Positions 1 through 13,031 of a stretch of DNA of 64,000 nt are shown in pieces. The stretch is from Antedon mediterranea. Its lineage: Eukaryota; Animalia; Echinodermata. Each line of letters opens with the position of its first letter. Positions within the stretch are counted from its first letter, which is position 1. The notes beneath the pieces are model-generated. The model ran no database searches. It saw only the letters and a program-made list of their open reading frames with translations, and was not told the origin of the DNA. The stretch spans positions 22,678,795 through 22,742,794 of the forward strand of contig NC_092670.1 of the NCBI RefSeq assembly GCF_964355755.1. Reading direction: 5' to 3'. The position numbers were made by a program, and so were the translations under genes.

Positions 1-1445
1 TATTAATAATTATGTTGGCCCCTCCTTAATATTTCTATGTTGATTAATTCAATTTTTTTAAACAAAATCTCAAACAATATATTTAGTTCTTTAATTCTAA
101 AAAGAAATGACATGTATAAATTAGGATTTAGTTGTCTGTTATAGGATTTAAGTAAACCTCATATTGTTTTATTTTTTAAGTTTTCTAAATATCATTATTT
201 TAAATGGAAATATGTCTGTATATATCTCATTTTTTTTTTACCACTTAAATATCCTGAAAGTATATAACATTAGCTTTAGTTTGATATCAAACATGTTAAG
301 ACTGCTAAAAGTTAAAAATTTTCAAAATCCAAAAAAAAAATTGTGGAATTGCCCTACTAATACTCACAGCTGTAGCTGAAACTGTAAATCTTCTGTTAAT
401 AAAAAACAATTACAATCTAAAAAATACAAGGAAAAACATTGATAATGGCAATAAACAACATTAACACTTTTTCCAAATCAACAAACTTCTTAATCAATGT
501 CTGAAAAATTAGGAAATTTTCTTAAAATGACTTTGGCTATGGGCCAGCTAATTGGGGCCGACATGTTGTCTCAATGGTAATTTCATTTAATAGTTTGATC
601 ACAAACAATAAAATTTGAATTATGTAAATGTTTCATAATAGTATAAATGCCTACAAAATAACAGGCAACACTTCACTCCCAATCATGAGAACATAAATCA
701 TCTCTACAAATTATTTATTTTATGTTCACTATTTACGATATTCTAGAGATTATGAAGTACTGTAGAAACAATAATGTTATTACTGTACATGTATCTCTTC
801 CAACTCTTTAGGAACTGATACAACTAAAAACTAGGCCTAGCCCCTAGCTAGGAGGCCTAGGCTAGTAGTAGGCATAGAAGAGAACTTCGCAAAAAGCAGA
901 CTCAGCTTGCTAACAATGCTAAGTAGAGTAGGCTATATTATACCGGTATTTAATTTTAAGGCATGGTATTCAAGATAAAGTTTGTTAACAAATTAGGAAT
1001 TAATATACGCCGTGGTTAGGATTCCGGCACCGGAACTCAACTGCCCAGCGTTAGGGAATCCGACACGCTATTGCGCATGCCCAGAGCGAATTAATTATAG
1101 CTTTGCACTTTACCGCGCACCACACCACCGAGAGAGTCGGAGTGTTATTATAGGAATTTACTGTAGCCTCCTATTGCCTATAGTTAGTCGTTGCGCGAGC
1201 GAGAGAGCGATGGATGAAACTTGGCCTAGCCTAGGCCATATGAATTAATAATTAAAATACCACTACGCCACGCGTTAAAATAATTATTATGATATTGCTA
1301 AGAATCAGCCTATCTATCAAAGAATCGTAATGCTGTAATTTTATTAGACAAAGTGAATAGCGTAGCGACCCCGACTTCCCAAACGGTTCTGTTTTTTTCA
1401 CATCATATCCGCGCGGCGGCTGCCGTCAACAAATCAACTTATACG

Positions 1446-1464
1446 CATGGAGGGTACCTCCATG
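1446..1464. mobile_element. 19-bp palindromic micro-insertion CATGGAGG-gta-CCTCCATG
   Basis: 8-bp inverted ends flanked by TTATACG/GTATACG (7-bp duplication, 1 mismatch); a sister copy lies at 56261-56279. Confidence 0.65.
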
Positions 1465-1471
1465 GTATACG

Positions 1472-2268
1472 TGTTATGCGCGATTTGAACGATTTGCGCA
1501 ATTTAAAATTGCGCAAAAAAATCCTTGCGCAATTTGAAATTGCGCAAAGAATTCTTGCGCAATTTAAAATTGCGCAAGGATTTTTTTGCGCAATTTCAAA
1601 TTGCGCAATCAACTTGCGCAATTTCAAATTGCGCAAGAAAATCTTTGCGCAATTTTAAATTGCGCTGCACAATTTGTAAATTGCGCAAGATAGTTCTTGC
1701 GCAATATGACACCTTTGCGCAATTTGAAAACGAACTGTAAATTTTCCCATACATGGCTAGGCCTAGGCAGAGGAGTTTAAAATTTAGTATTTTATTATAT
1801 AAATAAGACCATTTCAATGAAGATAATGTTTAATACTCACTTTTTAAGTTTTTAATATTAGTTTAATAAGCTAGGCCATGTAACCTAGTCAGTATCAGTA
1901 GTCCAGACCCTAGCTAGGCTAGAGTAGTATAGCCGACCGCCCGCGCCGCGCCCGCCTGGTGGAACACCACCGCTTCGTTTTCCTTCGTCGGTTCTTCGAC
2001 GGTATGCTAACTTATAACAATATTTGCACTACTAAAATAAGGAAATGCGATATTTATCTTTAATTTTGAATCATTCTTAGAAATTACTATATAAATATGG
2101 GTGTGCATGATTTCACAATCTGTCGAAAAACCTTGCGCAATTTGCAGATTACTTGCGCAATTTAATACGTTGCTTGCGCAATTTGAAACACATGTTTCAA
2201 TTCAAATTGCGCAAGGATTTTTTTTGCGCAATTTCAAATTGCGCAAATCGTTCAAATCGCGCATAACA
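1472..2268. mobile_element. Nested TIR element with subterminal TTGCGCAA repeats (TGT...ACA ends, Ginger-like)
   Basis: TIRs TGTTATGCGCGATTTGAACGATTTGCGCAATTT / AAATTGCGCAAATCGTTCAAATCGCGCATAACA, with TACG on both flanks and many TTGCGCAA palindromes. The superfamily is inferred only from the termini and TSD length. Confidence 0.8.
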
Positions 2269-3193
2269 TACGCATGTTATTACAGTATAATGCGTTATAT
2301 GAAATCTTTTATTTTGTACTTGAAAAATCATAAAACTAGTCATGAAGCAACCACTTTTTTAATTGCGAAATAAATAGGCCCCTGGTCACATTTTTAGCTG
2401 GTAGGCATCTATGCCTAGGCTAGTTCGCCGTGGCGCAGCTATTAATCCATCGCTGTTTAGTCTGTAGATGGATCGAGTATATAGAGAGTCGCCGATTACC
2501 TCACTCTGGGCATGCGCAATCGCGTGCCGGATTCCCTAACGCTGGGCAGTTGAGTTCCGGTGCCGGAATCCTAACCACGGCGATTAATATATAGTTATAA
2601 GCCAGATGCAAAATGGAACTAGGCTAGCGTCACTATGCCTCTACTACAGTACTGTACAACTAAACCTAGGCTAGGTCTAGGCCTTCCTGAAGAGGTAATC
2701 CGGGACACGGCTAGGCCTAACCTAGCTAGGCCTGCCTAGGGCCTAGGCTAGGCCATTTCATTTTTATGGCAAACACAAAAACAATTAAATATTACAAATC
2801 AACAATCCAAATTAATCAAAATATATCTTACCTATTTCTAACTATTATATTTAACACAATTGTGTTTAAACTTTTTTAATATAGGCTATATGTTCGTTTT
2901 AACAATATAAAATTGCAAAGCAATATCGGGAGCAATACTAGGCTATAATATTACAAATCCAACATGGAGGTGTAACCACGTTGTTCTTTACTAATATGGC
3001 ACGCAATCGTCGCCAAAAGTAACATAAATGCTGTAGGCCCAGACACAATTCACCACACTTTCACCATAAAAGTAGAGAGCGCATAAACATTTTTTCAATG
3101 GATGGCATAATCGTTTTTCTGTGCGCAATATTCTAACGTATGACGTGCGCTGCGGATAACCTAACTCGTCCGTAGTGACGAGTTCAAATCTAG

Positions 3194-4295
3194 TATTTAT
3201 TTCTTTCTTTCCACACTTCTCTCCCATTTTTTGTGGGCAGCGTATCTCTAATTCTAGCCAACAGAAGATTGTATAACTTTGTCAAAAGATTGCCCTATAT
3301 CTGTAGATGTGCAAGAAACTTTTTTTTTCAAATTTCGAGTCGCGCAGCGTTAGTTACGCGCGATTTTATGAATTTCAATTATTGATCATAGATTAAAAAC
3401 CAAAAGTCATTTTGTATTGAAACTTGGTGAAAATATAAGTCATATAAAGCGCAAACTTTCTGTAGATTAAAAATGGCAGGTTGCGCAAAAATCAATTTCT
3501 AATCAACTTTCTACGCGTTTCAGGTCATTTTGAGCATTTCAAAAATTCCCACGCACGCGCAATTATTTTACGCGCGCGTGCGCATGTAGCGCAAAAATAT
3601 GATTTTTTCGCGTGATTTATGTTTTTCCAGCCTTTTCTAGTAATTTTACCAACTTTCAAACAATTTCAACTTGAAATCACGTCATACGAGCACGTAGAAT
3701 TGAACAATTTGCGCGCGTTTTTGATGAAAAAGTTAAAAAATTCATGAAAATTATGCCTTTTTTAAAACTGTCATAGATTCTAAACTACGTGGTAAACTTT
3801 TTTAAAATTACAGATTCTGATAAGTTGTAGATATTGAATCATCAATCAATATGGCTAACCGGACATTGTGACGTCATCGTATGGCCACTCAAATATAAAA
3901 TATAGGATTTTTGTCTCTTTCGTCATAGCGCATCACATTTAATAGAGCGCATCTCTACTTATCCGCATTCCATTTTCCCCCATTTCTTTATATTGTCTAG
4001 GTCAATCAATTATCTTTCACATGATTTGCCATTTTAAAAATTGTGATGACGTCATCATGTCCAAAAGCGTCAATAACTTGGGTCACTTATTTTCACCTAT
4101 TCTTCACTGTATGTAGTACGTATACAATATATAGTGTATACTGTGTATACTTAGACGTGACGTAAAATAGAGAGCGCACTAACATTTTTTCAATGGCATA
4201 ATGTTTTCCCTGCGCAATATTCTAACGCATGACGTGCACGTGGCTTTTGCTCTGCGGATAACCTAACTCGTCCGTAGTGACGAGTTCAAATCTAG
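3194..4295 (+). mobile_element. Non-autonomous Helentron unit 0 (short type, left end absent)
   Basis: Family body sequence starting in the T-rich tract; right terminus with CTAG at 4292-4295. Confidence 0.85.
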
Positions 4296-7200
4296 TTAGT
4301 TATCCGCTTAGTAGCGGATAACTCCTTGTGATTGTAGTGGATCAATATTTTTTTTTTTCTGTATTATTAGTTATCCGCTTAGTAGCGGATAACTCCTTGT
4401 AATCGTCCTGTTTCATCATATTTTTTTTTTTTTTCTGTATTATACTTCTTTCCTTCTGTCATTTTTGTGCGTCGTGTTTCTCTAAAACGTGTAAACAGAA
4501 CATATCGTAACTTTCTCAACATATCGACATTTACGTGAACTTGTGCACCTCCTATTTTTGAATGACGTCAGAGTTGCGCAACGTGACTTATGCGCGATTT
4601 TATGAATTTCAATGATTGATCATAGACTAAAAACCAAACATAATTTTGTTTTGACACTTTGTGAAAATTTAAGTCATATCAAGCGCAAACTTTCTATGGA
4701 TTAAAAATAGCATGTTTCACAAAAAGTTACGCGCGCACGCGCGTTTAAAATTTTACTATGGGAAAAATCAACTTCTAATCAACTTTCTATGCGTTTCATG
4801 TCATTTTGAGCATGTCAAAAATTCCCACGCGCGCGAAAATTTTTACGCACGCGGTGCACACGAAGCGTTAAAAACATATTTTTTTTGCATGATTTATGTT
4901 TTTTCAGCCTTTTCTAGTAATGTTACCAACTTTTAAACAATTTCGACTTAAAATTACGTCATACGAGCACGTCGAATTAGATAATTTGCACGCGTTTTTG
5001 GTGAAAAAGTTCCAAAATTCGTCAAAATTATGCCTATTTTTAAACAGTCATAGATTCTAAACTACATGGAGAACTTTTTTTTAATTACATATTCTGGAAG
5101 TTGATGAGTTGTAGATATCGAATCATGCATTAATATGGCTAACCGAACATTGTGACGTCATCGTATGGCCACGCGAATATAAAATATAGGATTTTTGTCT
5201 CTTTCGTAATAGCTCATCACATTTAATAGAGCGCATCTCCACTTATTTTTTGTCCATTTTCACCCCGATTTTAATATATTCTAGGTCAATCAACTATCTT
5301 TTGCATGAATTAAGAATTTTTTAATTTGTTTAACGTCATCATGCCTAAAAATTTAAATTACGTTGGTCATTAATTTCATCTTTACAGTAAATTTTAATCT
5401 GTTATAGCTCGTAAGAATAAAATGTGATAATCACAATTAAAACATTTACAGGATGCTATTGTATAGTAGATACAAAATCATGTGAAAATTGTGCCAATCG
5501 AATGTTGTGACGTCATCATATGGCCAGTTGAATAAAAAAAGTCGTATTTTCATATTTTGCGTAATAGTTCATCACATTTAAAAGGGTGCACATCTATATT
5601 TTACGTATTCAAATTTCTTCTACACGTTAATATGTTTTTCCTGAGATAATTTCCTTCTGAAATTGCTATCTAAGTGTTTCATTTTGATACCGTCGCCATG
5701 TTAAAAATTGGAATAAATGGCGGGTCCCGTAATTTCACCTATTCTACACTGTATGTAATATGTATACAGATTATAATGTTTGCATGTATATACTATATGA
5801 CACAAAATTGACAGAATTCAGCACTAACAGCATATCTTATTCTTCAGTTCTTGTCATAATGCCATAATCTTTATCTGTGTGCAATATTCCAACGTATGAC
5901 GTGCACGTGGCGTTTGTCGTGGTGCGGATAACTAACTCGTCAAAGTGACGAGTTTCATGTCTAGTACTTCTTTCCTTCTGTCATTTTTGTGCGTCGCGTT
6001 TCTCTAAAACTTGTAAACAGAACATATCGTAACTTTGTCAACATATCGACATTTACGTGAACTTGTGCACCTCCTATTTTTGAATGACGTCAGAGTTGCG
6101 CAACGTGACTTACGCGCGATTTTATGAATTTCAATGATTGATCATAGACTAAAAACGAAACATAATTTTGTTTTGACACTTTGTGAAAATTTAAGTCACA
6201 TCAAGCGCAAACTTTCTATGGATTAAAAATAGCATGTTTAACAAAAAGTTACGCGCGCACGCGCGTTTAAAATTTTAGAGTGCGAAAAATCAACTTCTAA
6301 TCAACTTTCTATGCGTTTCATGTCATTTTGAGCATGTCAAAAATTCCCACGCGCGTGAAACTTTTTACGCACGCGGTACACACGTAGCGTTAAAAACATA
6401 TTTTTTTCGCGTGATTTATGTTTTTTCAGCCTTTTATAGTAATGTTACCAACTTTTAAACAATTTCGACTTAAAATTACGTCATACGAGCACGTCGAATT
6501 AAATAATTTGCACGCGTTTCTGGTGAAAAAGTTCAAAAATTCGTCAAAATTATGCCTATTTTTAAACAGTCATAGATTCTAAACTACATGGAGAACTTTT
6601 TTTAAATTACATATTCTGGAAGTTGATGAGTTGTAGATATCGAATCATGCATTAATATGGCTAACCGGACATTGTGACGTCATCGTATGGCCACGCGAAT
6701 ATAAAATATAGGATTTTTGTCTCTTTCGTCATAGCTCATCACATTTAATAGAGCGCATCTCCACTTATTCGTTGTCCATTTTCACCCCGATTTTAATATA
6801 TTCTAGGTCAATCAACTATCTTTTGCATGAATTAAAAATTTTTCAATTTTTTTAACGTCATCATGCCTAAAAATTTAAATTACATTGGTCATTAATTTCA
6901 TCTTTACAGTAAATTTTAATCTGTTATAGCTCGTAAGAATAAAATGTGATAATCACGATTAAAACGTTTTCAGGAAGCTATTGTATAGTAGATACAAAAT
7001 CATGTGAAATTTTGCCAATCGAATGTTGTGACGTTACCATATGGCCAGTTAAATACAAAAAGTCGTATTTTCATCTTTTGCGTTATATTTCATTACATTT
7101 AAAAGAGCGCGCATCAATATTTCACGTATTCCAATTTCTTCTACACGTTAATATGTTGTTGCTGAGATAATTTCATTCTGAAATTTCTACTTTTGCATTT

Positions 7201-7473
7201 CATTTTGAAACCGTCAAGATGTTAAAAATTACAATAAAATACGGGTCCCGTAATTTCACCTATTTTACACTGTTTGTGATATGTATACAGATTGTACTGT
7301 GTATACTATATGACACAAAATAACAGAATTCAGAAATAACAACATATCATATTCTTCAGTTCAGGTCATAATGCCTTAATATTTTTCTGTGCGCGATATT
7401 GTAACGTATGACGTGCACGTGGCGTTTGTCGAGCGGATAACTAACTCGTCAAAGTGACGAGTTTCATGTCTAG
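4296..7473 (+). mobile_element. Non-autonomous Helentron unit A (long type), split into 4296-4366 and 5965-7473 by nested unit B
   Basis: Left end TTAGTTATCCGC-TTAGTA-GCGGATAACT at 4296. The sequence breaks at CTGTATTA (4366) and resumes as TACTTCTTTCC at 5965; CTAG at 7470-7473. Confidence 0.85.
4367..5964 (+). mobile_element. Non-autonomous Helentron unit B (long type, complete, nested in A)
   Basis: Complete left hairpin at 4367 and right terminus GCGGATAACT-AACTCGTC-AAAGT-GACGAGTT..CTAG (5961-5964); no TSD. Confidence 0.9.
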
Positions 7474-8983
7474 TTCTTATTTCTTTCCCATTTTTTTGTG
7501 AGTCACGTTTCTCTAAAATGTGTAAACGTAACATTTTATAACTTTGACAACATGTGGGCATTTACGTGAAGTTGTGCATCTCCTATTTTGAATGACGTCA
7601 GAGTTGCGCAACGTGACTTGCGCGCGATTTTATGATTTTTAATGATTGATCATAGCTTAAAAACCAAGAGTAATTTTTTGTTTACCCTTTATGAAAATTT
7701 AAGTCATATCAAGGGCAAACTGTTAGTGCACTAAAAATGGCATGTTTTACAAAAAGTTACGCGTGCACGCGCATTTAAAATTTCAAAATGCGCAAAATTA
7801 ATTTCTAATCAACTTTCTACGCGTTTCATGTCATTTTAAGCATGTAAAAAATTCCCACGCGTGCGCACATTTTGACGTGTGCGGTGCGCACGTAGCATTA
7901 AAAACATGTTTTTTTCGAGTGATTTATGTTTTTCCAGTCTTTTATAGTAATTTTACCAACTTTTAATCACTTTCGACTTAAAGTTACGTCATACGAGCAC
8001 GTCGAATTGGACAACTTGCGCTCGTTTTTGATGAAAAAGTACAAAAATTTGTCAAAATTATGCCTTTTTTTAAACAGTCGTAATTTCTAAACTACACGGT
8101 CAACTTTTTGTGGATGACATATTCCGGAAGTTGATGAGTTGTAGATATCGGATCATGTATTAATATGGCTAACCGGACATTTTAACGTCATCGTATGGCC
8201 ACGCGAATATAAAATTGAGGATTTTTGTATCTTTCGTCATAGCTCATCACATTTAATAGAGCGCATCTCCACTTATCCATTTTCCATTTTCACCCCGATT
8301 TTGATATTGTCTAGGTCAATCAACTATCTTTCGCATGAGTTAAAAATATTTTAATGATTATGACGTCATCATGCCTAAAAATTTAAATTACATGTGGCAT
8401 TAATTTCATCTTTACAGAACATTTTAATCTGTTATAGCTCGTAAGAATAAAATGTGATAATCACGATTAAAACGTTTTCTGGAAGCTATTGGATTGTAGA
8501 TACAAAATCATGTAAAAATTTGGCAAATTGGATGTTGTGACGTCATCATATGGCCAGTTAAATAAAAAAAGTCGTATTTTCATATTTTGCGTCATAGTTC
8601 ATTACATTTAAAAGAGCGCGCATTAATATTTTACGTATTAAAATTTCTTCTACACGTTAATATGTTGTTGCTGAGATAATTTCCTTCCGAAATTGCTATA
8701 TCAGTGTTTCATTTTCATACCGTCACCATGTTAAAAATTGGAATAAATGACGGGACCCGTAATTTCGCCTATCCTACACTGTATTAATATGTATACAGAT
8801 TATACTATGTATACTGTAAATAGTATATGACACAAAATATACAGCATTTAGCACTAACAACATATTATACTCTTCAGTTCATGTCAATATGCCATAATCT
8901 TTTTCTGTGTCCAATGTATGACGTGAACGTGGCGTTTGTCGTGCGGATAACTAACTCGTCAAAGTGACGAGTTTCATGTCTAG
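7474..8983 (+). mobile_element. Non-autonomous Helentron unit C (long type, left end absent)
   Basis: Family body; right terminus CTAG at 8980-8983. Confidence 0.85.
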
Positions 8984-10587
8984 TTAGTTATCCGCATTCA
9001 GCGGATAACTCCTTGTAACTGTATGAAATCATCTTTTTTTTTTTTTTTTTTTTCTGTATTATTCTTTCTTTCTGTCAATTTTGTGTCTCGCGTAACTCAA
9101 AAACGTGTAAACATAACATTTTATAACTTTGTCAACATGTGGGCATTCACGTGAAATTGTGCACCTCCTATTGTGAATGACATCAGAGTTGCGCAACATG
9201 ACTTACGCGCGTTTTTATGAATTTCGCGTATTTAACATAGATCAAAAACAATATAACAATTTAAATTGAAACTTAGCAAAAGATTAAGTTATATCTTGCG
9301 CTAACTGACTGTGAGAAAAAAATGGCATGTTTCACACGAAGTTACGCGCGCACGCGCGTTTGAAATTTCAAAATGCGAAATTTCAATTTCTAATCAACTT
9401 TCTACGCGTTTCATGTCATTTTGAGCATGTAAAAAATTCCCACGCGCGCGAAAATTTTTACGCACGCGGTGCACACGTAGCGTTAAAAACATATTTTTTT
9501 ATCGTGATTTATGTTTTTTCAGCCTTTTCTAGTAATTTTACCAACTTTTGAACAATTTTGACCTAAAATTACGTCATACGGGCACATCCAATTGGATAAT
9601 TTACGTGCGTTTTTTATGAAAAAGTTCAAAAATTTGTCAAAATTCGTCAAAATTATGCCTTTTTTTAAACATTCATAGATTCTAAACTACGAGGTGAACT
9701 TTTTTTTAATTATATATTCTGGAAATTGATGAGTTGTAGATATGGAATCATGCATTAATATGGCTAATCGGACATTATAACGTCATCGTATGGCCACGCG
9801 AATATAAAATATAGGATTTTTATATCTTTCGTCATAGCGCATCACATTTAATAGAGCGCATCTCCACTTATCCGTTTTTTATTTTCACCCCGATGTTTAT
9901 ATTGTCTAGGTGAATGAACTATCTTTCGCATGAGTTAAAAATATTTTAATTTTTATGACGTCATCATGTCGAAAATTGTAAATAACGTGGGTCACTTATT
10001 TTCATCTTTACAGTAAATTTCAATCTGTTATAGCTCATCAGAATAAAAAGTGATAATCACGATTAAAACGTTTTCTGGAAGCTATGGGATTGTAGATACG
10101 AATTCATGTAAACATTTTGCCAATCGGATGTTTTGACGTCATCATATGGCCAGTTGAATAAAAAAAGGCGTATTTTCATATTTTGCGTAATAGTTCATCA
10201 CATTTAAAAGGGCGCGCATCTATATTTTACGTATTCAAATTTCTTCTACACGTTAATATATGGTTGCTGAGATAATGTCGTTCCGAAATTGCTATCTTAG
10301 TGTTTCATTTTGATACCGTCGCCATGTTAAAAATAAGAATAAACGGGGGGTCTCGTAATGTCACCTATTCTACACTGTATGTAACATGTATACAGATTAT
10401 ACCGTTTGCACTGTATATACTATATGACACAAAATTGACAGAATTCAGCACTAACAGCATATGATATTCTTCAGTTCAGGTCATAATGCCATAATCTTTT
10501 TCCGTGTGCAAAATTCCAACGTATGACGTGCGCGTGGCGTTTGTCGTGCGGATAACTAACTCGTCAAAGTGACGAGTTCAAGTCTAG
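8984..10587 (+). mobile_element. Non-autonomous Helentron unit D (long type, complete)
   Basis: Left end TTAGTTATCCGC-ATTCA-GCGGATAACT; CTAG at 10584-10587. Confidence 0.9.
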
Positions 10588-11806
10588 TTGGTTATCCGCA
10601 CTTGGCGGATAACCCCTTGTTATTGTCAGGATCTTTTTTTTTTTATTTTTTTTCTTTTTTTTCTTTTTTCTTCTTTCTTTCCACGAATTTTGTTGCAAGC
10701 ATATCTCTAATTCTGGCTAACAAATGATTGTATAACTTTGTCATAAGATTGACCTATATCTGTAGATGTGCAAGAAACTTTGTTTTTTGATTTTTGAGTC
10801 GCGCAGCGTAAGTTACGCGCGATTTTATGAATTTCAATGATTGATCATAGATTAAAAACCAAAAGTCATTTTGTATTGAAACTTGGTGAAAATTTAGGTC
10901 ATATCATGCGCTAACTTTCTATGGATTAAAAATGGCATGGTTTTAAAAAGTTACGCGCGCACGCGCGTTTAAAATTTCAAAATATGTTAAATCAATTTCT
11001 AATCAACTTTCTATGCGTTTCATGTCATTTTGAGCATTTCAAAAATTCCCACGCGTGCGCAAATTTTTTACGCGCGCGTGCGCACGTAGCGCAAAAACAT
11101 CTTTTTTTTGCTTGATTTTTATTTTTTCAGCCTTTTCTAGTAAATTTATAAATTTTCAATCAATTTCGACTTATAATCACGTCACACGAGCACGTAGAAT
11201 TGGATAATTTGCGCGTGTTTTTGATGAAAAACTTCAAAAAATCGTCAAAATTAGACCTTTTTTTAAACAGTCATAACTTCTAAACTACGTGGTGAACTTT
11301 TTTAAAATTACATATTCTGGAAGTAGATGAGTTGTTTTTCTTGAATCATGTATTGATATGGCTAACCGGACATTGTTACGTCATCGTATGGCCACCCGAA
11401 TATAAAATATAGGATTTTTTTCTCTTTCGTCATAGCTCGTCAAATTTAATAGAGCGCATCTCCACTTATCCGTATTCCATTTCACTTAATTTTTTTATAT
11501 TGTCTAGATCAATCAATTATCTTTCGCATGATTCACCATTTTTAAAATTGTGATGACGTCATCATGTTCAAATGCGTCAATAACTTTGGTCACTTATTTT
11601 CACCTATTCTGCACTGTATGTAGTACGTATACAGTATATAGTGTATACCGTACACACTTAGACGCGACACAAAATAGAGGGCTCACTAACATTTTTTCAA
11701 TGGCATAATCGTTTTTCTGCGCGCAATATTCTAACTTAGGTGTCATGCGCGTGGGTTTTGCGAGGCGGATAACCTAACTCGTCCGTAGTGACGAGTTCAA
11801 ATCTAG
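10588..11806 (+). mobile_element. Non-autonomous Helentron unit E (short type, complete)
   Basis: Left end TTGGTTATCCGC-ACTTG-GCGGATAACC; CTAG at 11803-11806. Confidence 0.9.
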
Positions 11807-11850
11807 TTGGTTATCCGCACTTGGCGGATAACCCCTTGTTATTGTCAGGA

Positions 11851-11881
<31 letters not shown>

Positions 11882-13031
11882 CTATGTTATTCTTCTTTCT
11901 TTCCCCGAATTTTGTTCGCAGCACATCTCTATCTTGTGGCCAACATAAGATTGTATAACTTTGTCATAAGGTTGACCTATAGCTGTAGATGTGCAGCCAA
12001 GCTTTTGGACGATTTTGGAGTTGCGCAGCGTAAGTTACGCGCGATTTTATGAATTTCAATGATTGATCATAGAATAAAAACTAAAAGTTGTTTTGTATTG
12101 AAACTTTGTGAAAATTTAAGTGAGATCATGCGCAAACTTTCTATGGATTAAAAATGGCATGTTTCACAAAAAGTTACGCGCGCACGCGCGTTTGAAATTT
12201 CAAAATGCGAAAAATCAATTTCTAATCAACTTTCTATGCGTTTCATGTCATTTTGAGCATTTCAAAAATTCCCACACGTGCGCAATTTTTTTACGCGCGC
12301 GTGCGCACGTAGCGCAAAAACATCTTTTTTTTGCTTGATTTTTGTTTTTTCAGCCTTTTCTAGTACATTTACCAATTTTCAATCAATTTCGACTTAAAAT
12401 CACGTCATACGAGCACGTAGAATTGAACAATTTGCGCGCGTTTTTGAAGAAAAAGTTCAAAAATTCGTCAAAATTATGCCTTTTTTAAAACAGTCATAGA
12501 TTCTAAACTCCGAGGTGAAAATATTTAAAATTTCAGATTCTGGAAGTAGATGAGTTGTTTTTCTCGAATCATGCATTGATATGGCTAACCAGACATTGTG
12601 ACGTCATCGTATGGCCACCCGAATATAAAATATAGGATTTTTTTCTCTTTCGTCATAGCTCGTCAATTTAATAGAGCGCATCTCTACTTATCCTTATTCC
12701 ATTTCACTCAATTTTTTTATATTGTCTAGATCAATCAATTACCTTTCGCATGATCCACCATTTTAAAAATTGTGATGACGTCATCATATTCAAATGCGTC
12801 AATAACTTTGGTCACTTATTTTCACCTATTCTGCACTGTATGTAGTACGTATACAGTATATAGTGTTATACCGTATATACTTAGACGCGACGCAACATAG
12901 AGAGCGCACTAACATTTTTCAATGCCATAATCGTTTTATTTTTTTGCGCGCACTATTCTAACGTATGACGTGCACGTGGCTTTTGCACTGCGGATAACCT
13001 AACTCGTCCGTAGTGACGAGTTCAAATCTAG
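11807..13031 (+). mobile_element. Non-autonomous Helentron unit F (short type, complete)
   Basis: Same termini as E; CTAG at 13028-13031. Confidence 0.9.

Larger units (their letters stand above)
1008..2582. mobile_element. Non-autonomous TIR DNA transposon, Mutator/MULE-like
   Basis: About 80-bp near-perfect TIRs (CGCCGTGGTTAGGATTCCGGCACC... / ...GGTGCCGGAATCCTAACCACGGCG) with a 9-bp TSD ATTAATATA at 999-1007 and 2583-2591. Confidence 0.9.
1..3193. mobile_element. Right-hand (promoter-side) tail of a second large Helentron-like element that continues upstream of the window
   Basis: About 350-830 closely matches about 29525-29960, and about 2770-3040 resembles about 31050-31300, including TCTTACCTATTTCTAA and CCAACATGGAG. 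It ends in the family right terminus GCGGATAAC..AACTCGTC-CGTAGT-GACGAGTT..CTAG (CTAG at 3190-3193). Confidence 0.7.

Noticed and set aside
1353-2373. Overlapping ORFs rich in LRNFKLRK/AQFEIAQ
   Set aside because: Translations of TTGCGCAA subterminal repeats of a MITE.
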